A stretch of 63,727 nt of DNA, counting the filler. It is 4 parts of 4 records of this genome, joined end to end, with 100 filler letters (N's around TTAATTAATTAA, not from the genome) between each part and the next. Parts side by side here need not be neighbours in the genome. Positions count along the whole stretch, not along the records: positions 20,048 to 34,006 come from SRR20825006_2881; positions 34,107 to 53,285 come from SRR20825006_2892; 2 more parts are not named here. The stretch is one strand, 5' to 3'. The position numbers were made by a program, and so were the translations under genes. Shown piece by piece: positions 29,519 to 39,179 of the stretch. Each line of letters starts with the position of its first letter. Position 1 is the stretch's first letter. The notes beneath the pieces were generated by a model. The model saw nothing but the letters and a program-made list of their open reading frames with translations. It had not been told where the DNA came from and made no database searches.

Positions 29519-31417
29519 ATGAAAACTTTATTGACATTATTAACAGTTGCATTGCTGAGTTTTCAGCTACAAGCACAATCAATTACAATTACAGGAACCG
29601 TAACTGACGATACTGGACTTCCATTACCAGGAGTAAACATTATTATAAAAGGTACTTCCTCGGGCACACAATCCGATTATGATGGTAATTATAGTATAGC
29701 GGCAGAAATTGGACAGAGATTGGTCTTTTCGTATGTAGGATTTTTGTCCAAAGAAGTAAAGGTAAAAAACCATGAAATGATAAACGTGAATTTAGAACCT
29801 AGCACTTCTTTAGATGAAGTTATTGTAACAGCATATGCAACAAAAAGGGAAAAGAAATTTTTAGGATATTCTGTTACTACTAAAAATTCAAAATCTCTTA
29901 ATAAATCATTGCAAGGTAAAGCTGCAGGGGTTCAAATAAGTTCAATTAATGGAAATTCTAGATCCGAACAAAAAGTTTTAATTCGAGGAACATCGTCAAA
30001 TCTTTCAAACCAAGTTTCTGATAACGAATCTTACGGGCGTATTAATGAAAATATTTTCAAAAGTGTAACTATTGCGCCACTTTCTACATTTTCTATAGAT
30101 GTGGATAAAGCAGGGTATAGCAACATTCGTAGGATGCTAAACAACGGACAGAAAGTTCCGCAAGACGCCGTGAAAATTGAAGAAATGATAAATTATTTCG
30201 CATATAACTATCCGCAGCCTACAGCTAATGATCCGTTTTCTATAACTGCAGATGTTGTAAATACTCCTTGGAATCAAGATTCAAAACTGGTTCGGATTGG
30301 GCTTAAAGGAAAAGATATTTCCTTAGAAAATGTACCGCCTTCAAACCTTGTTTTTTTACTGGATGTTTCAGGATCTATGGAAAACCCAAATAAATTGCCT
30401 TTATTAAAAGCTGCACTAAATGTATTGGTGGATAAATTAAGAGAAAAGGATAAAGTTTCAATTGTAGTTTATGCTGGAGCTGCTGGCTTGGTACTACCAC
30501 CTACTTCTGGAGCAGAGAAAAATAAAATTTTAGAAGCTATAAACAATCTAAGCGCTGGTGGCTCAACAGCAGGTGGTGCTGGAATTGAATTGGCTTATAA
30601 AATAGCGGAAGAAAACTTCAGTAAAAAGGGAAATAATCGTGTAATTCTTGCAACTGATGGCGATTTTAATGTAGGTGCTTCCAGTGATCGTTCAATGGAA
30701 AACCTAATTGAAGAAAAACGCAAAACGGGTGTATTTCTTACATGTCTTGGTTTCGGAATGGGTAATTATAAAGATAGCAAACTAGAAACATTAGCAGATA
30801 AAGGAAACGGAAATCACGCGTATATTGATACAATGCAAGAAGCACAAAAAGTATTGGGAACAGAGTTTTTTGGGACACTTTATACCATTGCAAAAGATGT
30901 GAAAATACAAGTGGAATTCAACCCTGCAAAAGTGCAAGCATACCGATTGATTGGTTATGAAAATCGTTTACTGAACGATGAAGATTTTAAAGATGACACC
31001 AAAGATGCTGGTGAATTAGGAAGCGGACATACAGTTACAGCGTTGTATGAAATTATTCCTGTAGGCGTAAAAAGTAAATATGTAAAAGATATAGACAACC
31101 TAAAATACACCAAGCAAAGTGGGCAAGTTTTTACAGATGAAATGCTTACGGTAAAATTTAGATACAAAGAGCCAACTGGCGATGTGAGTAAACTGATTGT
31201 AAAAACATTAAAAGATGGCGGTGATTCAATTGATGATGCAACTGATGATTTAAAATTTTCAGCAGCAGTGGCACTTTTTGGTATGCAATTACGCAAATCT
31301 GAATTTATAAATACAAAAAAGAAGGAAGACGTACTTGCGCTTGCTGAAGCAGGAAAAGGAAGCGATAATGATGGGTATAGAGCAGAATTTATACGCTTGG
31401 TTAAAAGCAGTAAGTAA
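29519..31417 (+). CDS. Secreted YfbK-type vWA protein with a SusC-like N-terminal extension (CarboxypepD_reg-like + TonB-box-like + partial plug) and DUF3520-like C-terminus
   Basis: Signal peptide from ATG 29519; ITGTVTD..PLPGVNI..KGT..G, LDEVIVT, LQGKAAGVQI..IRG; then PLSTFSIDVD, MIDAS DVSGSM, ATDGDFNVG, YRLIGYENR, DAGELG. Confidence 0.88.
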   Translation: MKTLLTLLTVALLSFQLQAQSITITGTVTDDTGLPLPGVNIIIKGTSSGTQSDYDGNYSIAAEIGQRLVFSYVGFLSKEVKVKNHEMINVNLEPSTSLDEVIVTAYATKREKKFLGYSVTTKNSKSLNKSLQGKAAGVQISSINGNSRSEQKVLIRGTSSNLSNQVSDNESYGRINENIFKSVTIAPLSTFSIDVDKAGYSNIRRMLNNGQKVPQDAVKIEEMINYFAYNYPQPTANDPFSITADVVNTPWNQDSKLVRIGLKGKDISLENVPPSNLVFLLDVSGSMENPNKLPLLKAALNVLVDKLREKDKVSIVVYAGAAGLVLPPTSGAEKNKILEAINNLSAGGSTAGGAGIELAYKIAEENFSKKGNNRVILATDGDFNVGASSDRSMENLIEEKRKTGVFLTCLGFGMGNYKDSKLETLADKGNGNHAYIDTMQEAQKVLGTEFFGTLYTIAKDVKIQVEFNPAKVQAYRLIGYENRLLNDEDFKDDTKDAGELGSGHTVTALYEIIPVGVKSKYVKDIDNLKYTKQSGQVFTDEMLTVKFRYKEPTGDVSKLIVKTLKDGGDSIDDATDDLKFSAAVALFGMQLRKSEFINTKKKEDVLALAEAGKGSDNDGYRAEFIRLVKSSK

Positions 31418-31461
31418 TTTTCTAAACTATATTTTTTGAGGTGGTTTGGTTTTTTTGAAAG

Positions 31462-31486
31462 AAGGGCACGAAAGTGCCCTTTTTTT
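31462..31486. terminator. Intrinsic terminator with GAAA tetraloop
   Basis: AAGGGCAC-GAAA-GTGCCCTT followed by a T-run, between convergent genes. Confidence 0.88.
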
Positions 31487-31524
31487 ATATTTCTTTAAAT
31501 TACTAAAACATCATAAAGTATTTA

Positions 31525-33168
31525 TTATACCTGAATGATCCCCATATTGAAAGGTTTTTCGATAGGTGCGTGATTGGCAGCTTCAATCCCCATAGATATC
31601 CATTTACGAGTATCTAACGGATCAATAACTGCATCTGTCCATATTCTTGAAGCCGCATAAAACGGAGAAATCTGTTTGTCATAACGCGCTTTAATTTTAT
31701 CGAATAGTTCTTTTTCAACTTCAGGAGTAATTTCTTCACCTTTCTTTTTTAACGAAGCTGTTTCAATTTGGAGTAATACTTTGGCAGCACTGTTTCCGCT
31801 CATTACGGCAAGTTCTGCACTTGGCCAAGCAACAATTAATCTTGGGTCATAGGCTTTTCCGCACATTGCATAATTTCCTGCGCCATAACTATTTCCTATA
31901 ACGATTGTAAATTTTGGAACGACGCTATTACTCACGGCATTTACCATTTTGGCACCGTCTTTAATAATCCCGCCATGCTCACTTTTACTACCTACCATAA
32001 ATCCAGTAACATCCTGTAAAAACACAAGTGGTATTTTCTTTTGGTTACAATTTGCAATAAAACGTGTGGCTTTATCAGCGCTATCGCTATAAATTACACC
32101 TCCAAATTGCATTTCGCTAGGTTTCGTTTTAGCTTTTGTGGTTTTCACCAAAGTACGTTGGTTCGCAACAATACCAACAGCCCAGCCATCAATGCGCGCA
32201 TAACCAGTTAAAATTGTTTGTCCGTAGCCTTCTTTATATTCATCAAATTCACTAGCATCTACCAAGCGTTTTATTATTTCACGCATATCGTATTGTTCCG
32301 AACGCGATTTTGGAAGAATACCATAAATATCTTCTTGTTTTTCTTTTGGCTTCAATGCTTTTTCACGGTTGAAACCTGCTTTGTCGAAATCACCAATTTT
32401 AGAAACTATATTTTTAATTTTATCGAGGGCGTCTTTGTCGTCTTTAGCTTTATAATCTGTTACTCCGCTTACTTCACAATGCGTGGTTGCTCCACCAAGT
32501 GTTTCGTTATCGATGGATTCGCCGATGGCTGCTTTCACTAGATAACTTCCCGCTAGAAAAATACTTCCAGTTTTATCTACAATCATTGCTTCATCACTCA
32601 TAATCGGGAGATAAGCACCACCAGCCACACAACTTCCCATTACCGCAGCAATCTGGGTAATGCCCATACTGCTCATTACAGCGTTGTTTCTAAATATTCT
32701 ACCGAAGTGTTCTTTATCTGGAAAAATTTCGTCTTGCATCGGTAAATAAACACCTGCGCTATCTACAAGATAAATTATTGGCAGTCTATTTTCAATGGAA
32801 ATTTCTTGCGCACGTAGATTTTTTTTAGCGGTAATAGGAAACCAAGCGCCTGCTTTTACCGTGGCATCGTTAGCAACAACAATGCATTGTTTACCTTTTA
32901 CATAACCAATTTTTACAACTACTCCTGCACTTGGCGCACCACCATGCTCCTCGTACATGCCATCGCCAGCAAAAGCACCAATTTCAATACTTGGTTTGTT
33001 TGTGTCAAGTAAATATTCAATACGCTCGCGAGCAGTTAGCTTGCCTTGCGAATGTTGCTTGTCTATTCTTTTTTGCCCCCCGCCAAGTTTTACGTGTGCA
33101 AGCTTGTTTTTTAAATCTGAAACTAAAAGTTTATTATGATCTTCGTTTTTGTTGAAGTTTAAATCCAT
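31525..33168 (-). CDS. Acyl-CoA carboxylase carboxyltransferase (beta) subunit, MCC-beta/LiuB-like
   Basis: GKLTARERI, ANDATVKAGAW, DSAGVYLP, GSCVAGGAY, QDVTGFMVG, SYGAGNYAMCG. Confidence 0.93.
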   Translation of the reverse strand: MDLNFNKNEDHNKLLVSDLKNKLAHVKLGGGQKRIDKQHSQGKLTARERIEYLLDTNKPSIEIGAFAGDGMYEEHGGAPSAGVVVKIGYVKGKQCIVVANDATVKAGAWFPITAKKNLRAQEISIENRLPIIYLVDSAGVYLPMQDEIFPDKEHFGRIFRNNAVMSSMGITQIAAVMGSCVAGGAYLPIMSDEAMIVDKTGSIFLAGSYLVKAAIGESIDNETLGGATTHCEVSGVTDYKAKDDKDALDKIKNIVSKIGDFDKAGFNREKALKPKEKQEDIYGILPKSRSEQYDMREIIKRLVDASEFDEYKEGYGQTILTGYARIDGWAVGIVANQRTLVKTTKAKTKPSEMQFGGVIYSDSADKATRFIANCNQKKIPLVFLQDVTGFMVGSKSEHGGIIKDGAKMVNAVSNSVVPKFTIVIGNSYGAGNYAMCGKAYDPRLIVAWPSAELAVMSGNSAAKVLLQIETASLKKKGEEITPEVEKELFDKIKARYDKQISPFYAASRIWTDAVIDPLDTRKWISMGIEAANHAPIEKPFNMGIIQV

Positions 33169-33356
33169 TGAAAAAATAAGTTTGCGCTAAAATACGAAAT
33201 GCAGACAACTCAATTCCATAACTATTCAAAAATATTCTACATATTTCAGCCTAAGGGTAGCTTAATATTGTATGTATTTCTTTTCTATTTTGTAAGAAAC
33301 TATGACATTTTGTTAACGAAAATCTATTTTATATTACCGATATTTGTTTTTACACG

Positions 33357-33364
33357 TAAATTTG
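33357..33364 (+). promoter_or_regulatory. Bacteroidetes -7 promoter element TAAATTTG
   Basis: Matches TAnnTTTG, upstream of the small membrane protein and ettA. Confidence 0.5.
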
Positions 33365-33397
33365 CACTTCAAAAAAATAAACATAGAAATAAAACAT

Positions 33398-33580
33398 ATG
33401 GGAATGAATAAAAATACTGTATTGGCTTGGGCCACTTTTATAATGATCCTGATGGGTTGTGTTCTAATTGCGCTGGGTGCTTTCCGCTATGACGATGTAG
33501 CTGGTTGGGGTTTTGCTGCTGTTGGTATTGGCTTCTTTGCCATTGCTTGGGTTTTTAATGCACTAAAAGGAAGGGTTTAA
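33398..33580 (+). CDS. Small 2-TM membrane protein (60 aa; resembles the Flavobacteriaceae CAL67264 family)
   Basis: MGMNKNTVLAWATFIMIL...RYDDVAGWGFAAVGIGFFAIAWVFNALKGRV; ATG at 33398; directly upstream of ettA. Confidence 0.8.
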   Translation: MGMNKNTVLAWATFIMILMGCVLIALGAFRYDDVAGWGFAAVGIGFFAIAWVFNALKGRV

Positions 33581-33661
33581 CTTCATAGCACTAACTTTTC
33601 TACATACTACGAGTGGTATTTATTTCACTCATACTTTCATAAACATACAAATCAAATTAAT

Positions 33662-34006
33662 ATGGCTGACGATAAAAAAGTAATTTTCTCAATGTCTGGG
33701 TTGACTAAAACCTACCAAAATGCTCAGACTCCAGTTCTTAAAAATATATATCTAAGTTTCTTTTATGGTGCCAAAATTGGTATCCTGGGACTTAACGGAA
33801 GTGGTAAATCTACACTTTTACGAATCATCGCAGGTGAAGAAAAAAACTATCAAGGTGATGTGGTTTTTGCACCTGGCTATACCGTAGGTTACTTAGAACA
33901 AGAGCCAAAACTTGACGAAACTAAAACCGTGCTTGAGGTTGTAAAAGAAGGAGTTCAGGAAGTAGTTGATGTTCTTGATGAATACAATAAAATAAACGAT
34001 ATGTTT
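33662..34006 (+). CDS. ettA: ABC-F translation throttle EttA, 3' end truncated
   Basis: LKNIYLSFFYGAKIGILGLNGSGKSTLL...VGYLEQEPKLD is the EttA N-terminal signature. Confidence 0.9.
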
Positions 34007-34106
34007 NNNNNNNNNNNNNNNNNNNNNNNNNNNNNNNNNNNNNNNNNNNNTTAATTAATTAANNNNNNNNNNNNNNNNNNNNNNNNNNNNNNNNNNNNNN
34101 NNNNNN
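34007..34106. other. Artificial contig spacer
   Basis: 44 N + TTAATTAATTAA + 44 N. Confidence 0.98.
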
Positions 34107-34778
34107 GATGCGCAAGGCCAAGCCTTCGGCAATCGCGGTTTTACCCACGCCTGGCTCACCAATCAAAACAGGATTGTTTTTTGTGCGGCGTGACAACACT
34201 TGGATAGAGCGACGAATTTCTTCATCCCGGCCAATCACAGGGTCAAGCCGACCATCACGCGCATCTTGGGTCAAATCACGCGCATATTTTTTCAAAGCGT
34301 CATAGCCTTCTTCTGCACTTTGGCTATCTGCAGTACGGCCTTTGCGCAATTCATTGATGGCATCGTTTAGCCCATTGGCCGTAACACCACCTGCAGCCAA
34401 AACTTTACCTGCATCTGTGTCTTTTTCGATGGTCAATGCCAGCAAAAGGCGTTCAACGGTGACATAGCTATCGCCTGCCTTATCCGCAGCTTTTTCAGCT
34501 GTTTCAAAAACACGTGCCATTTCGCGGCTCAAATAAAGTTGGCCACCATCACCGGATACAGAAGGAATTTTTTTCAATGCCGCTTCAGTTGCAGCATGCA
34601 CCGCCTTTGGATCACCGCCAGCCCGTTGAATGAGGCCAGACGCCATGCCTTCATTATCGTCCAAAAGAACTTTTAGAAGGTGCAAAGGCGAAAATTGCTG
34701 ATGCCCAGCAGAAAGGGCGCCAGATTGGGCAGATTGTACAAAACCGCGTGCCCGCTCGGTATATTTCTCGATATTCAT
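34107..34778 (-). CDS. clpB: Chaperone ClpB, 3' end truncated
   Basis: [14 protein letters not shown]-domain; [31 protein letters not shown]. Confidence 0.95.
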
Positions 34779-34905
34779 ATCTCAACTCTCCATTTCTCGC
34801 CCATCTCAATCCGCCTAAAAAGCACGGGTTAAAACGTCTCGAAGCGTTGTTTGTTTCAACTTATCCTGTGGCGCCCACATTTGGCACGCCGGACTGTTGA
34901 ATTAG

Positions 34906-34933
34906 ATATAGGTACGCTTCGAAGGGAAAAAAG
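34906..34933 (-). promoter_or_regulatory. Possible RpoH (sigma32) promoter of clpB
   Basis: Minus strand CTTTTT-N15-CCTATAT; the -10 matches the alphaproteobacterial RpoH consensus, the -35 is weak. Confidence 0.4.
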
Positions 34934-34970
34934 AGCAAAAGACAAATAAACTGCTCTTTTGGCTTCACTT

Positions 34971-35231
34971 TTAAAAGAAGTGCGCCACGCCCCCAACGAC
35001 CACCATGGCGGCACCAAATTTAAAAACCCAACCCGCAATCCGCTGTTGGCGATAGCCTTTCTGGCCCTTCTTCACTTCTTCAAAATTGCCCAAGACTGGT
35101 ACTTTGGATGGGCCTTCTTTAAACCCGCCGCCAATCATATGCAGCGCGCCACCAACCAGCGCGACAATCCAACCAATCATAAAAATATTAAAGCCATTGG
35201 TTTCCAACGGCGCAAACAAAGTCTCAAACAT
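34971..35231 (-). CDS. Hypothetical small 2-TM membrane protein
   Basis: MFETLFAPLETNGFNIFMIGWIVALVGGALHMIGG...RIAGWVFKFGAAMVVVGGVAHFF: two hydrophobic helices around a charged loop; divergent from the AraC gene (alternative start 35246). Confidence 0.6.
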   Translation of the reverse strand: MFETLFAPLETNGFNIFMIGWIVALVGGALHMIGGGFKEGPSKVPVLGNFEEVKKGQKGYRQQRIAGWVFKFGAAMVVVGGVAHFF

Positions 35232-35354
35232 AAAAATCTCATTCAAATTGTGGGACGGATTAAGTCTACCCCGATCTGTGGCAACGATCTAGCCTTTGGC
35301 AAATTTAGCAAGGTACAGTAATATCCCGCCAAACAAACGTTCAAAGCTGATAAG

Positions 35355-36344
35355 ATGAACAAAGTCGAACCCCATCACACCATTCAGCCAGCAGGCACTA
35401 TGCCCAAAAAAGTGGCTGTGCTGGCATATGATCAGCTTTGCACCTTCGAATATGGCATCGCCATTGAAGTGTTCGATACGATTCAATCGAAAACCGCACC
35501 GCTTTACCAAGCCGAAACCGTGCCCATCGAATCGGGCAATCTGAGATTGGCCGGTGGCTTGCGCACTAAATCTGTCGCGCAACTGGATCGGCTCGTTGAA
35601 TTCGATCTGATCATTGTGCCGGGTTGGCCGCTGCATAAGAAAGTTTCATCAAAAATGGCTAGTGCCTTGCAAAATGCACACCAGGCTGGTGCGCGATTTA
35701 TGAGTATTTGCTCTGGCATCTTTTTGCTGCGCCGTGCAGGCCTCACCGCCAACACCAACATCACCACACATTGGCAATATATTGATCAACTAAGAGCCGA
35801 AGCGACAAGTGAATGCATTGAAGACAATGTGCTTTATTGCGGCACGGGGCAAATTATGAGCTCAGCCGGATCAGCGGCAGGAATTGATTTGGCATTGGAA
35901 ATTGTGCGGCAGGACTTTGGCACCAAAGAAGCGAATCGGATGGCGCAGCGACTGGTTCTGCCAGCCCATCGCGAAGGCGGGCAAAAACAATTTGTGCCGC
36001 GCCCGGTGGCACATGCGCAAAAAAGCGGCTTTGCCAAATATCTCGATGAGGTGCGCCAAAAACTCGATCAATCTTGGACAGTGAAAGAAATGGCAGCCCT
36101 CTGCCATATGTCCGAACGCACATTGATGCGCAGATTTCAGGAAGTGATGGGGTTGAGCCCAAGCCAATGGCTGATTCAGGAGCGGGTCTTTTTCGCCCGT
36201 TCCCTTCTAGAAGAAGATCATTTCACCATTGACGAGATTGCACAAAAGGCAGGCTTCAACACGCCAGAGACAATGCGGCACCATTTCCGCACCCACCTCA
36301 AAATAAGCCCGGTCGCCTATCGCAATAATTTTCGACAAAAATAA
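35355..36344 (+). CDS. GlxA/FtrA family AraC regulator with DJ-1/PfpI sensing domain
   Basis: LCTFEYGIAIEVF, SICSG, TTHW, SAGSAAGIDL, HREGGQKQF, C-terminal double HTH; start may be ATG 35400. Confidence 0.92.
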   Translation: MNKVEPHHTIQPAGTMPKKVAVLAYDQLCTFEYGIAIEVFDTIQSKTAPLYQAETVPIESGNLRLAGGLRTKSVAQLDRLVEFDLIIVPGWPLHKKVSSKMASALQNAHQAGARFMSICSGIFLLRRAGLTANTNITTHWQYIDQLRAEATSECIEDNVLYCGTGQIMSSAGSAAGIDLALEIVRQDFGTKEANRMAQRLVLPAHREGGQKQFVPRPVAHAQKSGFAKYLDEVRQKLDQSWTVKEMAALCHMSERTLMRRFQEVMGLSPSQWLIQERVFFARSLLEEDHFTIDEIAQKAGFNTPETMRHHFRTHLKISPVAYRNNFRQK

Positions 36345-36364
36345 AGGGCGGTCACCCGCCCCTA
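36337..36364 (-). terminator. Intrinsic terminator of the DUF4167 gene
   Basis: Minus strand GGGCGG-GTGA-CCGCCC followed by TTTATTTT. Confidence 0.7.
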
Positions 36365-36367
36365 ACT

Positions 36368-36946
36368 TTATTCCGCTGCTGCGGCTGCTTTCTTGGCCGG
36401 AACCTCATCCGCCACATCATCGCCCACACTCAATTTGGGCTGTGGTGCATCGGCCAAATCACCCTCTGTCGTAGGTTTGCGACGTGGACGCCGCGCACGT
36501 GGTGCGCGTTTTGGCTTTTCCTGTGCCACTTCATCATTTGCAGGCGCTTCGGCAATAGCTTCTTCTTTCGGCGCATCTTCAGGCTCATTGTCCTGATCCA
36601 CATTTGCCTCAGCCACTGCTTTTTCATCATTTGCCTGATCGTCTTCGTCACGATCTTGCTCTTCCCGCTCCCGCCGTTGCTCTTGCCGCGCTTGGTTTTG
36701 CGCCTGAGCTGCAGAGATGATCCGGAAATAATGTTCCGCATGCTGCAAATAGTTTTCGGCCATGACAGAATCGCCAGAGGCCTGCGCGTCGCGCGCGAGC
36801 TGCACATATTTCTCCGCAATGTGAGAAGGGTTACCACGCACCTTCACATCCGGTCCGTTGCTTTCATAATTGCGGGAAAGCGGATTGACGTTTTTCCGAC
36901 CGTTACCACGGCCGCGTGAACGCTTATTCTGTTGTCCAGGTCTCAT
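36368..36946 (-). CDS. DUF4167 domain protein with acidic/basic low-complexity tail
   Basis: YESNGPDVKVRGNPSHIAEKYVQLARDA...AENYLQHAEHYFR; downstream of prmC as usual in Alphaproteobacteria. Confidence 0.93.
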   Translation of the reverse strand: MRPGQQNKRSRGRGNGRKNVNPLSRNYESNGPDVKVRGNPSHIAEKYVQLARDAQASGDSVMAENYLQHAEHYFRIISAAQAQNQARQEQRREREEQDRDEDDQANDEKAVAEANVDQDNEPEDAPKEEAIAEAPANDEVAQEKPKRAPRARRPRRKPTTEGDLADAPQPKLSVGDDVADEVPAKKAAAAAE

Positions 36947-37155
36947 ACGATGACTTCAAACTTTTCTTACATTTGCGCCGAGAAGAGCGCACCAAACCGT
37001 ACCTGTCACATTGCCCGCCAAACATTTTTGGTGTGGATGTGACTTTGAATGGTCGCTATATGCCGGCTGTCCAGCTTGCTGGGGGCAAATCCACCTGTGA
37101 TGTGTAGGTAAAATTTTGCGGTCAATGAATGAACATCAAACCCAACTAGCCATTG

Positions 37156-37202
37156 CAACCTATATGCTTCGGAAAACTTTTCCAAGTGAAAAATTTTCAC
37201 TT
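37156..37202 (-). promoter_or_regulatory. Putative sigma70 promoter of the DUF4167 gene overlapped by two palindromes
   Basis: Minus strand TTGGAA-N17-TAGGTT; palindromes GGAAAA-C-TTTTCC (37171-37183) and AAGTGAAAA-A-TTTTCACTT (37184-37202). Confidence 0.45.
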
Positions 37203-37231
37203 TGGCCAAACTTGCTGGCCCCTCCTGAATT

Positions 37232-38098
37232 TCACCAAGAAATTTCAGCAACTCTATTATGCCCCGAAAGGTCTTTGAAAAAGGTTACTTGCTGCGCACC
37301 CGCTGCAATTGCAGCCATTTCCATCAATTCAGCCTGACGAAAACCGATTTCAAAAAGCAGATTACCGCCCTGCCGCAACCGCATTTTCGCACCAGCCAAA
37401 ATCTGGTGATAAGCCGCCATGCCCTCATCTTCAGCAAAAAGCGCCAGCGCCGGATCATAATCAAGCGCCTCTTTATTCATCAACGCTTTTTCATGTTCGG
37501 CGATATAGGGCGGATTGGAAAGGATCAGGTCAAATTGGTTTTGTGCCGGGATTGCGTCAAACCAATTGCTGGTCACCAACTCTAGCCGATCCGAAACCTC
37601 ATGCCGTGCTGCATTTTCACGCGCCATCTCCAGCGCGCCTGCCGCAATATCCGTGGCTACGCCTGTGCAATCGCCACGCTCAGCCAACAGACTGATCGCA
37701 ATGCAACCCGTGCCTGTGCCCAGATCTATAAAATGTCCATCTTTCGGCAAAGCCTGCAGCCCACGCTCAACCAACACTTCAGTGTCGGGACGCGGCACCA
37801 ACGTATCCGCATTCAACGAAAATACGCGCCCATAAAAGGCAGCTTCACCCAAAATGCGTGCAACAGGTTCATGCGCCAATCGGCGCTGTCCAAACTCATC
37901 CATCCTCGCCAGAATTTCCGGCGACACAAGATCATGCTCTTTGCCGATTAGCTGTGCTTGATCAATCTCGGCGGCTGCACACAAAAGCAGCCGCGAATCT
38001 ATCGCGGCACTTTCAATCTGATTTTCGGCAAATTGCTGCCGCCAATGCTGCCGCAACTGACCAAAGCTTATGGGCGTGGTGCTACTTATTTGCTTCAT
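37232..38098 (-). CDS. prmC: Release factor glutamine methyltransferase
   Basis: [31 protein letters not shown]. Confidence 0.96.
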   Translation of the reverse strand: MKQISSTTPISFGQLRQHWRQQFAENQIESAAIDSRLLLCAAAEIDQAQLIGKEHDLVSPEILARMDEFGQRRLAHEPVARILGEAAFYGRVFSLNADTLVPRPDTEVLVERGLQALPKDGHFIDLGTGTGCIAISLLAERGDCTGVATDIAAGALEMARENAARHEVSDRLELVTSNWFDAIPAQNQFDLILSNPPYIAEHEKALMNKEALDYDPALALFAEDEGMAAYHQILAGAKMRLRQGGNLLFEIGFRQAELMEMAAIAAGAQQVTFFKDLSGHNRVAEISW

Positions 38099-39161
38099 CC
38101 ATAGCAGCCAACTGCGCCGCTTGGTTTTCAGTGATCAATGCATCGATCATCTCATCCAGCGCTTCACCCGCAATCACCTTATCAAGCTTATAAAGCGTGA
38201 GGTTAATCCGGTGATCTGTCACCCGACCCTGCGGGAAGTTATAGGTCCGAATGCGCTCTGAACGGTCGCCTGACCCTACCTGATCGCGTCGTGCTTCGGC
38301 CCTTGCACTATCACGCTCCTGCCGCTGCATATCAAACAAACGCGCCCGCAAAACCTTCATGGCGTTGGCCCGGTTCTGGTGCTGCGATTTCTCGGACGAA
38401 ATTACCACCACGCCAGTCGGAATGTGGGTAATCCGCACCGCACTGTCGGTGGTGTTCACGTGCTGACCACCCGCGCCTGATGCCCGCATCGTATCAATCC
38501 GAATATCTTCATTGCGAATTTCAATGTCGATATCTTCCACCTCTGGCAACACAGCCACGGTGGCAGCTGACGTGTGAATACGGCCACCAGATTCTGTTTC
38601 CGGCACCCGCTGCACACGGTGCACACCAGACTCAAATTTCAAACGGGCATATGCGCCCTGCCCCTTAATGCTGGCGACAATCTCTTTGTAGCCGCCCATA
38701 TCGCCTTCGCTCTCTTCCATGATCTGGACTTTCCAGCCATTGATTTCAGCGTGACGTTGATACATGCGGAACAGATCACCCGCAAACAAAGCGGCTTCAT
38801 CACCACCCGTGCCTGCGCGCACTTCAACAATAACTGACTTATCGTCAGCTTCATCTTTTGGCAGCAGCATCAAGCGAATTTCTTGGGTAAGCTCTTCGAT
38901 CTTTTCTTTAAGCTCGTCCCGCTCCATTTCGGCCATTTCGGCCATTTCTTTATCGCCAGACGCCAAAATTTCATTGACCCCTTCAAGGTCAGTATGCGCA
39001 GATTTGAACTCGCGAATTTTATCTACATATGGCTGCAGGTCAGAATATTCCTTGGACAGCTTCACATAGGTCTCAGGATCTGGATTCGCAGCCATTTCTC
39101 CTTCAACCGTTTCAAAGCGGTGCAACAAAGCATCCAGTTTTTCTGCAGGTAGTTTCGCCAT
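38082..39161 (-). CDS. prfA: Peptide chain release factor 1
   Basis: [17 protein letters not shown] (PxT motif), [19 protein letters not shown]. Confidence 0.98.
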   Translation of the reverse strand: MAKLPAEKLDALLHRFETVEGEMAANPDPETYVKLSKEYSDLQPYVDKIREFKSAHTDLEGVNEILASGDKEMAEMAEMERDELKEKIEELTQEIRLMLLPKDEADDKSVIVEVRAGTGGDEAALFAGDLFRMYQRHAEINGWKVQIMEESEGDMGGYKEIVASIKGQGAYARLKFESGVHRVQRVPETESGGRIHTSAATVAVLPEVEDIDIEIRNEDIRIDTMRASGAGGQHVNTTDSAVRITHIPTGVVVISSEKSQHQNRANAMKVLRARLFDMQRQERDSARAEARRDQVGSGDRSERIRTYNFPQGRVTDHRINLTLYKLDKVIAGEALDEMIDALITENQAAQLAAMDEANK

Positions 39162-39179
39162 AACAGCTCAGACTTTCAT

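Noticed and set aside
20048..34006. AT-rich block as a horizontally acquired island in a proteobacterium
   Set aside because: Bounded by artificial spacers and composed of Flavobacteriaceae housekeeping genes; it is a separate contig.
34779..34970. CIRCE element or RNA thermometer before clpB
   Set aside because: No TTAGCACTC-N9-GAGTGCTAA, and no ROSE or fourU pairing with the RBS could be seen.
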